DNA of 64,000 nt, taken from assembly GCA_907165135.1 (NCBI GenBank), contig OU015568.1:12586001-12650000 (forward strand). The letters are read 5' to 3'. Shown here one piece after another: positions 62,109 through 64,000 of the stretch. Below the pieces are notes generated by a model. That model saw only the letters and a program-made list of their open reading frames with translations, ran no database searches and was not told the DNA's origin. Made by a program: the position numbers and the translations under genes. Position 1 is the stretch's first letter. Each line of letters starts with the position of its first letter. The DNA is from Oikopleura dioica. Lineage: Eukaryota > Animalia > Chordata.

Positions 62109-64000
62109 ATGTTTACCTTTTTACTCTGTTTATTTGTCCTCCGAAGTCACTATCTGCCTCGGAACGTATCGACCAACAAAAGATAAAAATGAGAATAGTA
62201 AGTGCGCTTACTTTACTAGCAACTTACGCCACAGCGATAACGAAGACTGTAGCTGTTAGGAATTTAAAATGTTACTCGAATAATTATGAAGTGGGTAATT
62301 GTGACTCGATCTCCTTCAAATTCAATCTTGAGAAAAGGAAAGGATTCAAAAAAACAAGTTGATAATTCTTAACGCTCAGTTTGATCCACAAAAAAAGATC
62401 TCGAGCAGAAACGAAACTAGAACTTCTATTAGATGGAAAAGCAAGACCACTTGATATAAGAATCGTCTCACAACCTCGACGAATGATGAAAATTTTTCTC
62501 TTTGACGGACGAAGACTTCGACCAAGAGTATCCCCCTTTTACGCTGGAGTTCTAAGTACATCTGGCCTCAACGAACTGTATGTCACAATCAACAAGAATG
62601 ATTACGTGGTCCTTTTGAATGGAAGAAACATTGCCCAGATAAGCAACAGAAATCTCGGAAAGTCGATGGCTCATCGGAATAAATTTAACAGAATCGTCAA
62701 GGCTCGCGCCACCAGTACCCTGCCCATCAAGTATGCAAATTAAAGTCTTCCATTTTTTCTGAAGGCGTTCAAATTTATATTTAAATAATTTCCAGACGAC
62801 TGGTGGTGGCTGAAGGAGGACGGGTAAAGCGATGGGCTCGAAATGCCAATGATCCCAATTGTGGTTACACGTAGGATAAAACTAGAATTCATGTTGGTCA
62901 AATATTTAGTTTTGAAATTCCCTCGAGTGCAGCATCTGCTCGTGATAAAGCTACAGCCAAGAACTTCGAAGACTACGAAGGGGGAAAATGCATTACTCGG
63001 AGAGACAATATCAATTTTAACATCGCAGCGGTAATTGATCTCCGAAATTCGGGATTTTTAGGAAGTTTGATTTAGGCCCACGTTGTCGGCGGCGTAAAAT
63101 CTATCCCCGGGCAATTCCCATGGCTTGTTTCTCTACGATTTGATCATTATGGAACAGTCACCCACGAGTGCGGAGGTGAACATATATTTTTATCCCTCGA
63201 AAAACAGGATTTCTAGCGTCTTTGATCAACAGAAAATGGGCCGTTTCTGCAGCGCACTGCTTCGCTAGCGACTATGTTGCTAAAAACTACCAAGTTTACG
63301 TTGGCGACTACTCTGTTGCAAACGACGATTACAACAAGGAAAGAACTCATAGGACAACAATTGCTCAGTACGTGAAACATCCTAACTTCAACATGCAATC
63401 ATTGAAGGATGATATTGCTCTTTTGAGTTAGCCGAAGAAGTGCCGAGTTATAATGAATTCCGATCGCCCATTTGTCTGCCGACTTCTTCACAGCAATTTG
63501 GAGAGGGAGACTGCTGCCAGGTAAGCATAAAGATATTTTCCATAGTAAGGTTTTTACTTTAGGTTGCTGGGTGGGGCAAAACAGCATCAAACCAAGCTGA
63601 TCTCGATAGATTCATTGAAATGGATCAGCAATGCGCCCGAAAAACTCCTGGATACTCGCCATTGTACACGAAAGATACTCCCTTAGTACCGGACACTCCA
63701 AGATTCACCTACCAAGAAATCTTTCCAGGCAATGAGTGCGCCAGTCTTATGCGAGGTCGCATGGATACTTCTGGAGCGCAATTTTGCGCTAGCAAGAGAC
63801 TTGAATGCAATCTTATGGCTGATACTTGCCAGGGGGATTCCGGAGGACCCTTCTTTTGCAAAGAGCCCGGAACCTGTAAGAGAAAGATATAATACAGCTA
63901 AATAATCATTTTAGTTGACTCTGAAGAACCGTCAATCACAATGAATGGGGCTAGTTACAAACTTGCTAATACTGATAGAGCGGTTCTTTGGGGAATCACG
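62109..64000 (+). CDS. Secreted trypsin-like serine protease with N-terminal accessory domain; runs off the right edge
   Basis: VVGG...FPWLVSL, SAAHC, DIAL and DTCQGDSGGP. Start inferred from the signal-like MFTFLLCLFVL. Apparent 1-nt frameshift at about 63421-63424. Confidence 0.88.

Overview
Gene-dense eukaryotic DNA with about 22 intron-containing genes in 64 kb. Introns are mostly 40-80 nt and several have GA-AG or GC-AG borders. Intergenic gaps can be under 100 bp, with splice acceptors directly in front of start codons. This combination points to the larvacean tunicate Oikopleura (probably O. dioica); that is inferred from genome architecture only. Recognisable genes in order: SCYL1, ZCCHC10, a very long CDK12/13-type kinase head-to-head with RPA1, a RING protein, PLOD lysyl hydroxylase, a ZP-domain protein tail-to-tail with a TGFBR2-like receptor, NME8/9 (thioredoxin plus NDPK), a secreted triple Ly6/uPAR-like protein interrupted by an 816-bp foldback element, a carbohydrate sulfotransferase, TEAD, an orphan 4-exon gene, a p24-alpha TMED, METTL24-like, a synaptotagmin-like protein, a p120/delta-catenin, sortilin, DHX37, CRTC, CYHR1 and a trypsin-like protease. 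At least five non-autonomous inverted-repeat elements are present. The most notable observations are: (1) excising the foldback element plus one target-site duplication restores an open reading frame, a candidate transposon-to-intron conversion; (2) TEAD-binding MCAT motifs cluster inside the TEAD gene's own long intron; (3) a MITE just upstream of TEAD is built from arrays of a TAATGCATTA palindrome; (4) a foldback in DHX37 has inverted telomere-like tracts at its centre; (5) the CDK12/13 gene carries a large repeat-bearing insertion. Gene boundaries were read by eye and exon structures are approximate. I found no evidence for a wholly new multi-gene system.
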